The notes under the pieces: model-generated
Told to the model about the DNA's origin: nothing
Seen by the model: the letters and a program-made list of their open reading frames with translations, nothing else
Databases searched by the model: none
DNA from: Camelus dromedarius
Taxonomy: Eukaryota
Direction of reading: 5' to 3'
NCBI RefSeq assembly: GCF_036321535.1
Contig: NC_087438.1
Location: 6,698,001 to 6,762,000 of the forward strand
DNA: 64,000 bases
Made by a program: the position numbers and the translations under genes
In this document: piece by piece, positions 63,961 through 64,000 of the stretch
Layout of the letters: the number at the start of each line of letters is the position of its first letter
Numbering within the stretch: position 1 is the stretch's first letter

Positions 63961-64000
63961 CTGACCTTGCCCTGCCTCCTCCTGCCACTGGGGTTTCCAT

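Noticed and set aside
1..64000. SEMA5A exons, SNHG18/SNORD123, additional TAS2R paralogues, CRISPR or other prokaryotic systems
   Set aside because: None was recognisable. The sequence is mammalian intergenic DNA with a single TAS2R.

Overview
This is mammalian genomic DNA, most likely camelid: it has a tRNA-Ala(AGC)-derived SINE of the camelid Vic-1 type at 6204, and I recognised no Alu, Bov-tA or PRE SINEs. The only credible protein-coding gene is an intact bitter taste receptor, TAS2R1 (45888-46775, minus strand, 295 aa, one coding exon). In other mammals TAS2R1 is a solitary TAS2R next to the 5' end of SEMA5A, so SEMA5A/SNHG18 probably lies left of this window (inference). The rest is intergenic DNA dense in old eutherian repeats (MIR, L2, L1M, MaLR/MLT, MLT2, MER20, MER58, Charlie- and Arthur-type hAT) plus younger L1 and ERV LTR insertions. 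Almost all other entries in the ORF track look like chance ORFs or repeat fragments. The most notable structures are: a textbook 3' splice acceptor 1 nt before the TAS2R1 ATG; a tail-less internal L1 ORF2 fragment with a 16-bp target-site duplication (TSD); a class II-like LTR with a doubled 3' end enclosing a PBS-like remnant; a twin-primed inverted L1; a 269-bp pure purine tract; and an unclassified stop-poor segment near 53.7-55.1 kb. I found no convincing novel multi-gene system. Repeat subfamily names come from recalled consensus motifs, and boundaries without a TSD are approximate.
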